Below are positions 1-11,790 of a stretch of DNA of 64,000 nt, in pieces. Source of the DNA: Octopus vulgaris (lineage: Eukaryota); the NCBI GenBank assembly GCA_951406725.2, contig OX597831.1:23188001-23252000 (forward strand). The letters are read 5' to 3'. A program made the position numbers and the translations under genes. The notes under the pieces are model-generated. The model did not search any database. It was not told where the DNA came from and saw only the letters and a list, made by a program, of their open reading frames with translations. Within the stretch, counting starts at the first letter, position 1. Every line of letters begins with the position of its first letter.

Positions 1-290
1 TATGGTGAAGAATGGTTATGGTGGAGAATGGTTGGTTATGGCAAAGAATAGTTGGTTACAATGAAGAATGGCTGGTTACGGTGAAGAATGGTTGGTTAAA
101 GCAAAGAATGGTTGGTTACGGTGAAGAATGTTTGGTCATGGCTGAGAATGGTTGGTTACGGTGAGGAATGGTTGGTTATGGCGAAGAATAGTTGTTTACA
201 GTGAAGAATGGTTGATTACTGTGGATTATGATAGATTACAGTGAAAAATAGCTGGTTACAATGAAGAAGGGTTGGTTATGGTAAAGAATG
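1..290. repeat. 20-bp minisatellite, consensus GTTGGTTACGGTGAAGAATG, ~14 diverged copies, runs off the window start
   Basis: Period-20 recurrence of gttggttac/gtgaagaatg visible directly in the sequence. Confidence 0.9.
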
Positions 291-345
291 CTTCAGTTGA
301 TTCAATTGGTAGAACAGCCTGCTCATGAAATTAATGTGCAAGTAG
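291..345 (-). mobile_element. Fragment of SINE tail module X
   Basis: agaacagcctgctcatgaaattaatgtgcaagt is close to the reverse complement of 45058-45091 (acttgcatgttaatttcacgagcaggctgttct). Confidence 0.6.
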
Positions 346-414
346 ATTTTAACCACAACATTTTAAGACCAGTCTCAGTCTTGTCTGCCTGAAGAACAAA
401 AGAAAGGTGATATA

Positions 415-725
415 CAGGGAGCCCCCCCAAAAGATTTATCCAGTGATATTTCTTAATATATTCAAAATAAACTTACAGTAGGATAATGATATTTGGCATG
501 TACATTCTAATGTAAATTGTCAATTCATTGCAGTAATTACATTTCAAAATGCTCACCTCTTACCTTAATCATAGCCTGCAAACTGGTGGTCAACGAACCA
601 TGAAGACAGAGTGGCTTTCTTCAGATCTAACAAATTTGAATAGGAATAAGCAGAAACATAAGACTCTAAGATGGACCTGATGGCAAAATCCTTGGGATTC
701 ATGTCTGGACATATTTGATTATAAA
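415..725 (-). mobile_element. Tc1/mariner transposon 3' remnant (transposase C-terminus plus probable TIR)
   Basis: ORF 565-753(-) contains CPDMNPKDFAIRSILES...SNLLDLKKATLSSW, matching the SPDLNPLDxxIWxxLE motif; TA-CAGGG terminus at 413-419. Confidence 0.7.
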
Positions 726-764
726 TATCAAATAATAAATACGACTGCGACACAAATTGCCACC

Positions 765-833
765 AAATGAGATTGAACCCAGAAACATACCACTGCGAGG
801 GAAACTTCTAAACCACACAGCCACGCCCGCACC
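765..833 (-). mobile_element. Degenerate SINE A head fragment
   Basis: gattgaacccagaaac...accacacagccacgcccgcacc resembles SINE A heads on the minus strand. Confidence 0.55.
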
Positions 834-1119
834 ATTATATATGTTTCAAAGCTAATGAAATTGCTCACATTTCATATGGGAGAGAATTACATACAATATT
901 ATAAATGAGAAAGTGCTGGAAATATAATGTAATTTCAAATTTCCCTTTATAGGTTGTAATACAATTTAATAATTTCATAATGTCATGTGGTTGGGACATT
1001 TCACTTGAATTAATTCACTCGTAATTGTACATTACACTTCGATATTTCAGGATGCTTCCCATATTTCCATAACTGTGTTTCTTTTATTATTGATTCCAAA
1101 CTGCATGGGAAGACATTAA

Positions 1120-1156
1120 ATGTATGTGTGTGCATGTGGTGTATGTATACATGTAA

Positions 1157-1188
<32 letters not shown>

Positions 1189-1325
1189 GCATATATATAT
1201 AGACATATATACATATATCTATGCATGTGCATATGTATACCTATACACACACATCTATATACATATAGAATATATACATATACATTTATATATGTATAAA
1301 TATATATGTATAAATATATATCTAG

Positions 1326-1401
<76 letters not shown>

Positions 1402-1406
1402 CATGT

Positions 1407-1439
<33 letters not shown>

Positions 1440-1580
1440 TCTATTTATCTCCTTCCCTCTCACTCTCTTCTTCTCTCTCTCTCACACACACATGTACAGA
1501 ATATTAAGTTATGCATCTACATAAATGATCATAAATGTTTTATGTGATATCTATCTATATATATATATATATATATATAA
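1120..1580. repeat. Compound (TA)n/(CA)n/(CT)n microsatellite
   Basis: Direct inspection. Confidence 0.95.
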
Positions 1581-1797
1581 GTTCATATGCATAAATCATT
1601 AGAATTCTAAGTCCACTTAGATGCTAGCATGCACTTTCTGAAATGGGTTCGAGACTAAATCTTGCTCTTCTGAATAATTTGTTTTTCGGCATCATTTCTT
1701 TAATTGGATGCCTTTCCAAGCATCAATGACTTTGCAAATGGTATTGGTGATCATTGCATTATCACAAGGAAGAGGTCGTATCTTCTGTAAGAATTAA

Positions 1798-2018
1798 CCC
1801 TTTAGCATTCAAACCGGCCATATCCGGCCAAAAGTATTCTGCCTGTTTTATGTTCAAACTGGCCTGATCTGGTCTCTCACACCAGCCCTACAATATCGTT
1901 TTAAAAATTAACAGCTACCACATCAAAATCTCAAAGCTACAAGATAATGCATGATTAGTTCAAAGCAATGTGGATAAAAAAGGATTAATTTTGGCAGAAT
2001 AATGCGAACACTAAAGGG
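1798..2018. mobile_element. piggyBac-type MITE, 221 bp
   Basis: TTAA at 1794-1797 and 2019-2022; TIRs CCCTTTAGCATTC / GAACACTAAAGGG (11/13); partial second copy at ~30589-30750. Confidence 0.85.
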
Positions 2019-2092
2019 TTAAGGTGTCCTCTCAAGAACATGGTTTACTGAGTGCTCCAGATAGATTTATAGTAGTGCCAACAAATGTGATT

Positions 2093-2236
2093 GGAAGAGT
2101 GTGGCTTTGTGGGTAAGGTGTGGGACTCATGATCGTAAGATTGTGGTTTCAATTCCTGGGCTGGTTGATGCATTGTGTTGTTGAGCAAGACACTTCATTT
2201 CATGTTGCTCCAGTCCACTCAGCTAGCAAAAATGGC
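2093..2236 (+). mobile_element. SINE family E, head and core only
   Basis: B-box-like gtttcaattcc and tgtgttgttgagcaagacacttcatttcatgttgctccagtccactcagct, shared with 16413-16560. Confidence 0.75.
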
Positions 2237-2300
2237 ATTTTCAAACCTTCTTTCATATATATTTCCACTCATGCAATACTTTACAACTTTATTTTGTATA

Positions 2301-2377
<77 letters not shown>

Positions 2378-2378
<1 letters not shown>

Positions 2379-2750
2379 TCGTTTACTTGCTTCAGTCATT
2401 TGACTGCAGCCATGCTGGAGCACCACCTTTAGTCGAGCAAATCGACTCCAGGACTTATTCTTTGTAAGCCTAACACTTATTCTATCGGTCTCTTTTGCCA
2501 AACCGCTAAGTTATGGGGACATAACCACACCAGCATCAGTTGTCAAGCAATGTTGTAGGGGACAAACACAGACACACAAGCACACATACACAAATATATA
2601 TATACATATACATATATATGACTTGCTTCTTTCTTTAGTCGGCCTGAGGCTATAGTAGAAGACACTTGCCCAAGGTGTCCTGCAGAGGGACTGAACCCGG
2701 AACCATGTGGTTGGTAAGCACGCTACTTACCACACAGCCACTCCTGCACC
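2378..2750 (-). mobile_element. SINE family A (tRNA-headed, CORE-like), internally deleted
   Basis: A-box TGGCTGTGTGG, B-box GGTTCAGTCCC, ccttgggcaagtgtctt core and cagtcaaatgactg tail; abuts a (TA)n run. Confidence 0.9.
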
Positions 2751-2781
<31 letters not shown>

Positions 2782-2833
2782 TGAGGGTACTACTATTCGT
2801 AGATACCATACGCTAAGATTTTATCCTCAATTG

Positions 2834-2877
<44 letters not shown>

Positions 2878-3511
2878 CATACATACATACACACGCACAC
2901 ATATTTATGTAGGTAATCAAAAATGTAAAGTTTCACACTAATATAATATATATGCATGAGCTTGAAGCTTATTACCTTCCTACTATTGGATCCCAAGATC
3001 ATACTTTACTGTTGTTATATACATAAATATATGCTATATATATATATATACATACATAGTATAAAAGTGTCTAATACTCGAGCATGTAATGATTTAAAAT
3101 AGAACTGCATATGCTCTATTACATTATCAAAGCACAGCTAGGAAGTCAATAGATTTTATATGCTTTCAATTGTTAGACTTAATTTAAATGGTTGTAACGT
3201 ACAAAGGAAATAAATGTAGATAATTCAATAACTTAATTTAATGATAGAATCTCTGTCAAATGTATTTCTGATGGTTCCTTTATTCTAAAATTTCAGCTTT
3301 CTAAATAGCATGGCTAATATTGTTCTTGCTACCAAAATATATGTAAAGGATTGAATTTCTGAATAGTTCTGTCTCCTATTAAATCACCTTGACAGACGCA
3401 AGCATAGCTACAGGGGCCGGCAGAACTTTGTGATAATAAGTTTGCTTAATGACATCACATGGTTCTGAGGTCAGTCTCACTGTGTGTCTCCTGTGGCAAG
3501 TATCTTATACA

Positions 3512-3838
3512 GAGAAAGCACATGGCTTGGTGGTTAGAGTATTTGATTGACAATCATAAAGTCGTGAGTTCAATTCCTGGTGATGCGTTGTATCCTTGAG
3601 CAAGACACTTTATTTCACTTTGCTTCAGTGCACTCAGCTGGCAAAAATGAGTAGTACCTGTATTTCAAAGGGGCCAGCCTTGTCACACTCTGTGTCACAC
3701 TGAATCTCCCTGAGAACTACGTTAAGAGTACATGTGTCAGTGGAGTACTCAGCCACTTGGATGTTAATTTCATGAACTGCTTGTTCCATTAATCGGATCA
3801 GCTGGAACTCTCATTATCATCATAACCGGTGGAGTGAC
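3512..3838 (+). mobile_element. SINE: head E plus tail X
   Basis: tggcttggtggttagag A-box, gttcaattcc B-box, ccttgagcaagacactt core; tail shared with 44806-45140. Confidence 0.8.
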
Positions 3839-3844
3839 AGTATA

Positions 3845-4185
3845 CTCTACTATAGGTTTGGGCTGACCAACATCAAGAAATCTTGCAAGTGGATCTGGTA
3901 GATGGAAACTAGAAGAAACCCATTATTTGTATATATGAATATATGTGTATGTATGTATATATACATATACATATATATATATATATATGTATATGTATAT
4001 ATATATACATATACATATATGTATATGTATATATATATGTATATATATGCGTGTGTATATATATATACATGTGTGTATATATATATATATACATATGTAT
4101 ATATAAATATATATGTATATATATATATATGTGTGTATATGGCGGTGCCCCAGCATGGCCACAGCTCATTAGCTAAAACTGGAAA
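3845..4185 (+). mobile_element. Degenerate SINE A with an expanded internal TA/TG microsatellite
   Basis: gtggatctggtagatggaaactagaagaaaccc before the array and ggcggtgccccagcatggccacag tail after it. Confidence 0.6.
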
Positions 4186-4236
4186 AATCAAAATCAAAAT
4201 CATATATATATGTATATATATATATATGTGTGTGTG

Positions 4237-4298
<62 letters not shown>

Positions 4299-4449
4299 TA
4301 TAACAATAAGGGTTTTGCAACAAGTTGCTTGACCACATACCGAAAATTTTAGAAATAGCAGCCAAAAGACTACTATTTCCTTTTTCTACAAAAATGTCTC
4401 CACAGACAACAATAATTGTAACTCACACATACACACATGTACATATATC

Positions 4450-4660
4450 TTTTATCTTCTGCTTGTGTCAGTGATTAGATCGTGGCACCACCTCAAAGAA
4501 TTTTAATCAAAACGACCCCCCTCTCCACCCAGTACAGTTTTTTTAAAAATCTGGTGCTTGTTTTACGGTTCACCATTGCAGAATACCTAAGTGATGATTA
4601 TATAAGCAGACCAACACTGGTTGCTAAAGTGTGGTTGGGGACAAAATTCACAGATATATA
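4450..4660 (-). mobile_element. Degenerate SINE A 3' half
   Basis: cttgtgtcagtgattaga...ccaacactggttgctaaagtgtggttggggacaaa resembles the SINE A 3' half. Confidence 0.55.
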
Positions 4661-4683
4661 TATATATACATATGCTCATCACT

Positions 4684-4763
4684 ATACAGATCAACAGTGA
4701 ATATACAACCTGCACCACGATATAATCACTGACTCAAGCAGAAGATAAATGACATATGTACAA
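4684..4763 (+). mobile_element. 3' fragment of the candidate LTR at 45609-46073
   Basis: atacagatcaacagtgaatatacaacctgca is identical to ~45983-46013; both end in atgtacaa. Confidence 0.55.
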
Positions 4764-4811
4764 GTGTGTGTATGTGTAAAGACACACACGCGGACATGTA
4801 GACACGCACTC

Positions 4812-5079
4812 GATTACCCACAAGGGGCTAAACATAGATGGGACAAACAAGGACAGACAAACGGATTTACTTGTTTCAGTCATTTGACTGCAGCCATGCT
4901 GGGGCACCACCTTTAGTCGAGCAAATCAACCCCAGGAGTTAATCTTTGTAAGCCTAGTACTTCTTCTATTGGCCTCTTTTTGCCGAACCGCTAAGTTACG
5001 GGGACGCAAACACACCAGCATCGGTTGTCAAGCGATGTTGAGGGGACAAACACAGATACACAAACACTCACACACACAC

Positions 5080-5129
<50 letters not shown>

Positions 5130-5293
5130 GACGGACTTCTTTCAGTTTCCATCTAACAAATCCACTCACAAGGCTTTGGTCGGCCCGAGGCTATAGTAGA
5201 AGACATTTGCCCAAGGTGCCACGCAGTGGGACTGAACCCGGAACCATGTGGTTGGTAAGCAAGCTACTTACAACACAGCCACTCCTACGCCTA
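4812..5293 (-). mobile_element. Full-length SINE A (4866-5293) joined to a SINE B1 tail fragment (4812-4868)
   Basis: Near-consensus match to other A copies; cccacaaggggctaaacatagatgggacaaacaaggacagacaaacggatt is the B1 tail. Confidence 0.9.
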
Positions 5294-5528
5294 TATATAT
5301 ATATATGTTTGTACATAGCTATATCTGTGCCTGTGAGTGTGTGAATATGACAGGCTTCCACACAGTTTTCATTTACCAAATCCACTCATAACTTCATTGA
5401 TTGGTTGGCCCACAGCTGTAGCAGAAGACACATGTCCAAGCTGCCTTGCAATGAAACTGAACATGAGACCATGTCGTGTTTACATAGTATAATATCCTAA
5501 TGAATCAGCTATAACCATGGCCCCACCT

Positions 5529-5568
<40 letters not shown>

Positions 5569-5586
5569 ATATATACCCCTTGCATG

Positions 5587-6058
5587 CATCATCATCATCA
5601 TCATTTAACGTGCGTTTCCATGCTAGCATGGGCTGGACGGTTCGACCGGCATCTGGGAAGCCAGGAGGCCGAACCAGGCTCCAGTCTAATCTGGCAGTGT
5701 TTCTACAGCTGGATAACCTTCCTAATGCCAACCACTCCGTGAGTGTAGTGGGTGCTTTTAACGTGCCACCGGCTCTGGTGCCAAAGGAGGCTGGTAACGG
5801 CCACAATCTGTTGGTGATATTTACATGCCACTGGCATTGAAGCCAGTCAAGGCAGCGCTGGCATCAGCCACGTACGGATGGTGCTTTTTACAAGCCACTG
5901 GCACAGGTGCCAGGGGAGGCTGGCAATGGCCACAATCGGCTGGTGCTTTTTACGTGCCACCAGCACAGAAGCCAGTCAGGACGATGCTGGCATCAGCCAC
6001 ATATGGATGGTGCATTTTATGTGCCACCAGCACAGATATCACAACTGCAATATCCATA
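5587..6058 (-). mobile_element. RTE LINE 3'UTR copy with alternating A/B repeat units and (GAT)n tail
   Basis: Reverse complement matches 56270-56839 (ccatgctagcatgg, ccttcctaatgccaaccactcc); (CAT)n at 5587-5603. Confidence 0.85.
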
Positions 6059-6060
6059 TA

Positions 6061-6103
<43 letters not shown>

Positions 6104-6114
<11 letters not shown>

Positions 6115-6277
6115 ATTCGAGACAAAACCACTATTTTAAAACCAAACAAGGAAAGACTTAATCAATACATAAAATTTTAATATAAATTAAATAATTTATA
6201 TTAAAATTTTATGTATTGATTAAGTCTTTCCTTGTTTGGTTTTAAAATAGTGGTTTTGTCTCGAATTATATTATATA
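6104..6277. repeat. Perfect inverted repeat, 86-bp arms, 2-nt centre
   Basis: 6104-6189 is the exact reverse complement of 6192-6277. Confidence 0.95.
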
Positions 6278-6354
6278 ATATTTTACTATAAAATTGGATT
6301 TAACCCTAAATCTGATTTTTCCCTGTAATTTTGGATTTATTCCCTAATATTTAT

Positions 6355-6360
<6 letters not shown>
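6192..6360 (-). mobile_element. AT-rich dispersed repeat, possibly a Penelope-like terminal repeat
   Basis: Reverse complement ggaataaatccaaaattacagggaaaaatcagatttag resembles 35771-35810 ggaatattcttccaaacttacagggaaaaattcaatttag; class assignment is inference. Confidence 0.4.
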
Positions 6361-6413
<53 letters not shown>

Positions 6414-6457
6414 TATCTCTATAGATATATATACACATCTGTATATATATTTACACA

Positions 6458-6495
<38 letters not shown>

Positions 6496-7137
6496 AACAA
6501 CTATATATATATATATATAAAACATCTATATATATATATATATACACATCTATATATACTCATCTATATATATACATATCTATATATATGCACATCTATA
6601 TATATACACACACACACACATATATATGTATTTATGTATGTATGTACGTATATGTTGTGTAACAATCATGGTATCAGTTTTAAAAACCTATAATCGCATT
6701 ACCATCGATCCATTCTGCTGATTAATGAGTCCAGACACGAGTGAAAAATAAATGGCACAAATAGGAACGTTTTTTGTTTTTAGTATTCTGTCATGTTCTC
6801 AATGAAGTGAATGTGAATATTAAAACAAATTTAAATAAATTAAAGATAATTGTTAAAAGTCACAAAACACTAATAAAGTTTATATGAAATGAAAACTAAT
6901 TGCTTGTTTAAAGAAAATGTTAAAATCAACTGAAAAAGTTTAAAAGACGTGTAAAAAGAGAAAGCAAAATTTATTATGCTGTAATTGTTGTGTTGGCCAT
7001 GGCTGGCTGTTTGATACTGAGTCAGCTTTTCTCCTGTCATTTGCCTTTACATTTGGATCTTCATTTCTCATGTATATAGGAGAAATACCTACACGCATAC
7101 ATACACATAAATACATACATAAATATGTATGTGTGTC

Positions 7138-7189
<52 letters not shown>

Positions 7190-7210
7190 TATGTATGTAT
7201 ATATATACAT

Positions 7211-8228
7211 ATAACTTAGAATAACTTAGAAAGGTTTTTGGCCAGTATTGGCCCAGGCCATGTCTAACTTAATAGCACCACCTGGCGAAGTCTTTCAGTT
7301 CAGGATTTGGGCACCAAGGCCCATTCGAGCAGAGAGTTATTGTTTGCGGAGACATATCCGGGTGTGGATGGTTTGTCCGGTACTGTTTGAAGGAATTTGT
7401 CCAAAGACTTCTTGAATTTTGTGTGGTCAGTTTCTTTTTTGACGTGTCCTGGTGTAATGTTGAAGAGAGCGGGTCCAATTGAGGTGAAATAGTTGTGCCG
7501 TATTGTCGTTATGTGATGCGATTTAGATTTTTGTTGTGGACGGATGGCATGTGGTCCAAGCCTTGGATGCATTTTGAAGGTGATGCCAACATCATTCGGA
7601 CAGTGCTGATGGAATATTTTCCACATCATACAGATAATGTAGCGTTCACGGCGTCGTTGGAGTGAATACAATTTCAGCTTCTCTAGTCTACCCCAGTAGT
7701 CAAGGTCTGACATGCCATCTATCTTTTTTGTGATTGACCTTTGGGGAGCTTCAATTCTCATAATATTTTGTTTTGTGTAGGGAGACCACAGTGGACAGCA
7801 GTATTCAAGGTGGGGTCGGGCAAAAGTGGAGAAGAGAAGGATAATAGCGTGGGAATCTCTCGACTGGAAGGTTCTGAGAATCCAGGAACACATTCTGCGG
7901 GCCATGTCAACTTTGCTGCTTATATGTGTAGCCCAGCTTATGTTGTTGTCCACTGTTACTCCCAGGTCTCTGATGTTGTTGGATGCCATGAGAATTTCTC
8001 CAGAAGGAAGAGAGTATGGGAGTTTCAGAGCGTCCTCCCTTCCAAAGTGGATCAGTTCGAATTTGTCTTCATTTAGCAACATGTTATTCTTTTCCGCCCA
8101 TTGGACAACAGCTAGTAGGTCTGACTGAAGGTTTATTCGGTCATCCACGCCATTGATGACCTTCTGGAACTTGGAATCATCAGCGAAGGTTCTGATGTTG
8201 CTGTGTTTGATGGTGTCAGTAATATCAA
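7211..8228 (-). mobile_element. 5'-truncated CR1-clade LINE
   Basis: RT C-terminus with [33 protein letters not shown]; short 3'UTR ending in (TCTAAGTTAT)2; embedded in TA/TG microsatellite. Confidence 0.92.
7300..8228 (-). pseudogene. LINE ORF2 C-terminal ~309 codons (RT palm/thumb and C-terminal region), uninterrupted
   Basis: Part of ORF 7300-8505(-) from [17 protein letters not shown] to the stop; the N-terminal YIHT stretch is microsatellite. Confidence 0.9.
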
Positions 8229-8356
8229 TATATATATGTATGTATGCATGCATGTATGTATATATATACATATATGTATATATATATATATATGTATGTA
8301 TGCATGCATGTATGTATATATATACATATATGTATATATGTATGTATGTATGTATG

Positions 8357-8425
<69 letters not shown>

Positions 8426-8642
8426 ATATATATATATATGTATGTATGTATATATATATATGTATGTATATATATATGTATATATATGTATGTATGTATA
8501 TACATATATGCATATGTATATGTGTATATATATATTTATATATTCATATGTATATATATATGTATGTATGTACATATATATATATATGTATGTACATATG
8601 TACATATATGCATATATATATATATATATGTATATGTATATA
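8229..8642. repeat. (TA)n/(TATG)n compound microsatellite
   Basis: Direct inspection. Confidence 0.95.
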
Positions 8643-8699
8643 AGTATAATGATTGTCACTACTTTATAGAATAAGCCATCTCTTCAATTAATAAATACT

Positions 8700-9075
8700 G
8701 TCATGAGATCTTATATGACTAGCAAGCCATGCCCTTCACAAACAAACTCTAATGCAGATCTTACAAATATTTTTTAGTAGAAAAGTGTCTGTGGTTTTAG
8801 TTAAGTCCTGTCTATGAAGTGCTCCTTTCAAGATAGATAGTTCAATTCTAAGAGCGGCAAATGCTTTACATGTATCGTAGATCATTTGTTTCCAAGCTGC
8901 TTGATTTTACATCATTTGCTCCCAGACTTCAACTTTCACATTAAGGGACTTAAGGTTGCTTTTGACAGCATCCCTAAAACATTTCTTAGGTTCATGTCTT
9001 GGACGTTTACCATGCTGCAACTCCCAGTAAAACAACTGGTTTGGCAACCTGCCATCCTGTGTTCTATGGAAACAT
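8700..9075 (-). mobile_element. Decayed RTE-clade (BovB-like) ORF2 C-terminus with C2H2 finger
   Basis: DGRLPNQLFYWELQHGKRPRHEPKKCFRDAVKSNLK in ORF 8907-9113(-); manual translation of ~8765-8703 gives CKIC-x12-HIRSH with one stop. Confidence 0.75.
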
Positions 9076-9300
9076 GTGTGTGTGTGTTTGTGTGTATATT
9101 TGTACGTGTACATGTCTGAGTATCAACTCTGGCTCCTTGGAATCCAGTAGGCGATCATGCCTAAATGAATATTCACTAGATTTTCTACTAATCAGCTTTA
9201 TTATACTTAGAATAGACACTTTCAACAGTTTAATGTTAATATAACCAGCTTATCTTTCTTTGTCAGTACACGAACACACACACATCTGTAAATATATATG

Positions 9301-9332
<32 letters not shown>

Positions 9333-9339
9333 CATACAT

Positions 9340-9455
9340 ATCTGTGTGTGTTTGTATTGTACCACCACTTGACAACTGATGTTGGTGTGTTTATAGCCCA
9401 GTAACCTAGTGGTTCAGCAAAAGTGATCAATCGAATAAGTACCACGCTTAACAAA
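9340..9455 (+). mobile_element. SINE A 3' fragment
   Basis: cacttgacaactgatgttggtgtgtttat...ggttcagcaaaa...gaataagtacc. Confidence 0.7.
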
Positions 9456-9628
9456 AGAAAACATAAATGTTGGTGCTATGTGATGTCACATATATACACA
9501 CATATATATCAAGAGAGAAAGAGAAACTGGTTGTTCTGCTTTACATAAGATTTGTAGAAACCTGTGCCTGGGCTCATTGATGCATTCAAGATATTGGTGG
9601 ACAGCAGCTTGGTTACTCTGATTATATT

Positions 9629-10029
9629 CTTTTCTACTCCAGACAGAAGGCCTGAGATTTTGGGGGAGTTGGCCAGTCAATTAGATCGACCCCAGTATGC
9701 AACTGGCACTAAATTCATCGACCTTAAAAGGGTGAAAGGCCAAGTCGGCCTTGATGGAATTTGAACTCAGAATGTAAAGATAGACAAAATACCTATTTCT
9801 TTACTATCCACAATGGGCTAAACACAGAGAGGACAAACAAAGACAGACAAACGGATTAAGTCAATTATATCGACCCCAGTGCGTAACTGGTACTTATTTA
9901 ATCGACCGACCCCAAAAGGATGAAAGGCAAATCGACCTCGGTGGAATTTGAACTCAACATGTAAAGAAAGACAAAATACGGCTAAGCATTTCGCCTGGCG
10001 CGCTAATGTTTCTGCCAGCTTGCCAACTT
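9629..10029 (-). mobile_element. Dimeric SINE B (B1 then B2 unit) with 17-bp TSD
   Basis: Two tandem gaactcag/gatgaaaggc/tcgaccccag-type units; TSD gttactctg(a/g)ttatatt at 9612-9628 and 10030-10046. Confidence 0.85.
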
Positions 10030-10607
10030 GTTACTCTGGTTATATTATATATCAAACTTTTTGAAAGTGGTTATTTCTTCTGAGCATTCTATAACCGATT
10101 AGTAGCTAATCTAGTGAAAGATTTTTTTTTCTTTTTAACCATGATTTCCTAATGGTTTCCAAGAGTCAAAGTTGATACACAACCAACACACTCAGGAAAG
10201 AATTTTAAAAAATAATAAACAACAAAAAAAAAACACATCAAGACTCAGGTGCATCACTCCATATTAAACTATCTCTTAGAGAGAACCACCATAACCAAGA
10301 ATAGTTCAAAGTTATGCAATTTACATTGGATTAAAAATTATCATCGTAAACCACCCCTCAACGTTTAATGAATAGAAAGACAGAGCTAATATCGAACGGC
10401 AGAGAGTGTGATACTTTTCATTGTGTCAATTATTAAAATCTGCAAACAGTGTTTGACCCTTATATCCTGTCGAGGCCACTCTTCAAAAATATATTATTTC
10501 ATTCACATCTAAGTGTTTTTTTCTTTTCTGTGTGTTTTTAAAATTTCATTTTTTTGTACTTAAAAATCAAATTAAACCCAGTTGATTAGTATGTCTTGTC
10601 AATAGAA

Positions 10608-10640
10608 ATAAATAACTACAACAACAACAACAACAACAAC

Positions 10641-10696
<56 letters not shown>

Positions 10697-10712
10697 TGAT
10701 GATGACGATAAT
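10608..10712. repeat. (AAC)n(AAT)n(GAT)n trinucleotide array
   Basis: Direct inspection. Confidence 0.95.
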
Positions 10713-11382
10713 AATTGTTGCTATAATATTAATATTTGTTTTATCATTTTTATTTTTATTTTTGTATTTAAAAAAATTTTTTTTTTATTATTTTCTCATT
10801 ATTAATTCCTTGCACACATTTTTATCTTCAACTAATTATTGTATTTGTTTATTTGTTTGTTGTTTATTTTTGTTGTTGCTCATATTTTTTTTTACTTTTT
10901 GTACAGTTAATTGTCTTCTTATCTTCATGGCCTTGTTGTTGTTGTTGTTGTTGTTGTGATTGTACTTGTTGACATTATTATAGTGTTTGTTGTTTCCAAA
11001 TTGTTGCTCTAACTGTTGATGTTATTTCCATTCTTAACACTAGCGTTCCTATAGCTGTTGTTGCTGTTGTTGTTGTTATTGTCGTTGTGTTTTTCTGCTG
11101 TGGTTGTAGTTGATGTCAGTGTCATTTTTCTTGACATCATTGCTATTCTTTATCTCATTTTGGCGCCGGGTGTAGTTGTTGTTATTGTTGTTGCTTTTAC
11201 CGTTTTGCCTTCTTCTCTTCACCTCCAGCATCTCTCCTCCTCCTCCTCTTCCATCTCCTATCTCCTTTTTTCTAACTACTTCAGCATTATTTCTTCTTCA
11301 CTTTCTTAATATGTCTTCTCTCTTCTCAAGCATATCACATGAACCAATAACGAAATTATTTACCTAGCTTCTAAATCTCTTT

Positions 11383-11790
11383 CACTCTTTTACTCTTTTC
11401 AGTCATTTGACTGTGGCCATGCTGGAGCACTGCCTTTTTAGTCGAGCAAATCGCCCCCAGGACTTATTCTTTGTAAGCCTTGTAGTTATTCTATCGGTCT
11501 CTTTTGCCGAACCGCTAACTTACAGAGACATAAACACACCAGCATCGGTTGTCAAGCGATGTTGGAGGACAAACACAAGCACACAAACATATACACACAC
11601 ATACATATATATATATATACATATTCACGATGGGCTTCTTTTCAGTTTCCGTCTACCAAATCCACTCACAAGGCTTTGGTCGGCCTGAGGCTATAGTAGA
11701 AGACAGTTACCTTAGGTGCCACGCAGTGGGACTGAACCCGGAATCATGTGGTTTGTTAGCAAGCTACTTACCTCACAGCCACTCGTACAC
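11383..11790 (-). mobile_element. Full-length SINE A
   Basis: Head, core, internal microsatellite and tail all present. Confidence 0.9.

Noticed and set aside
7741-8128. Plus-strand ORFs of 100-111 aa
   Set aside because: Antisense shadows of the CR1 ORF2
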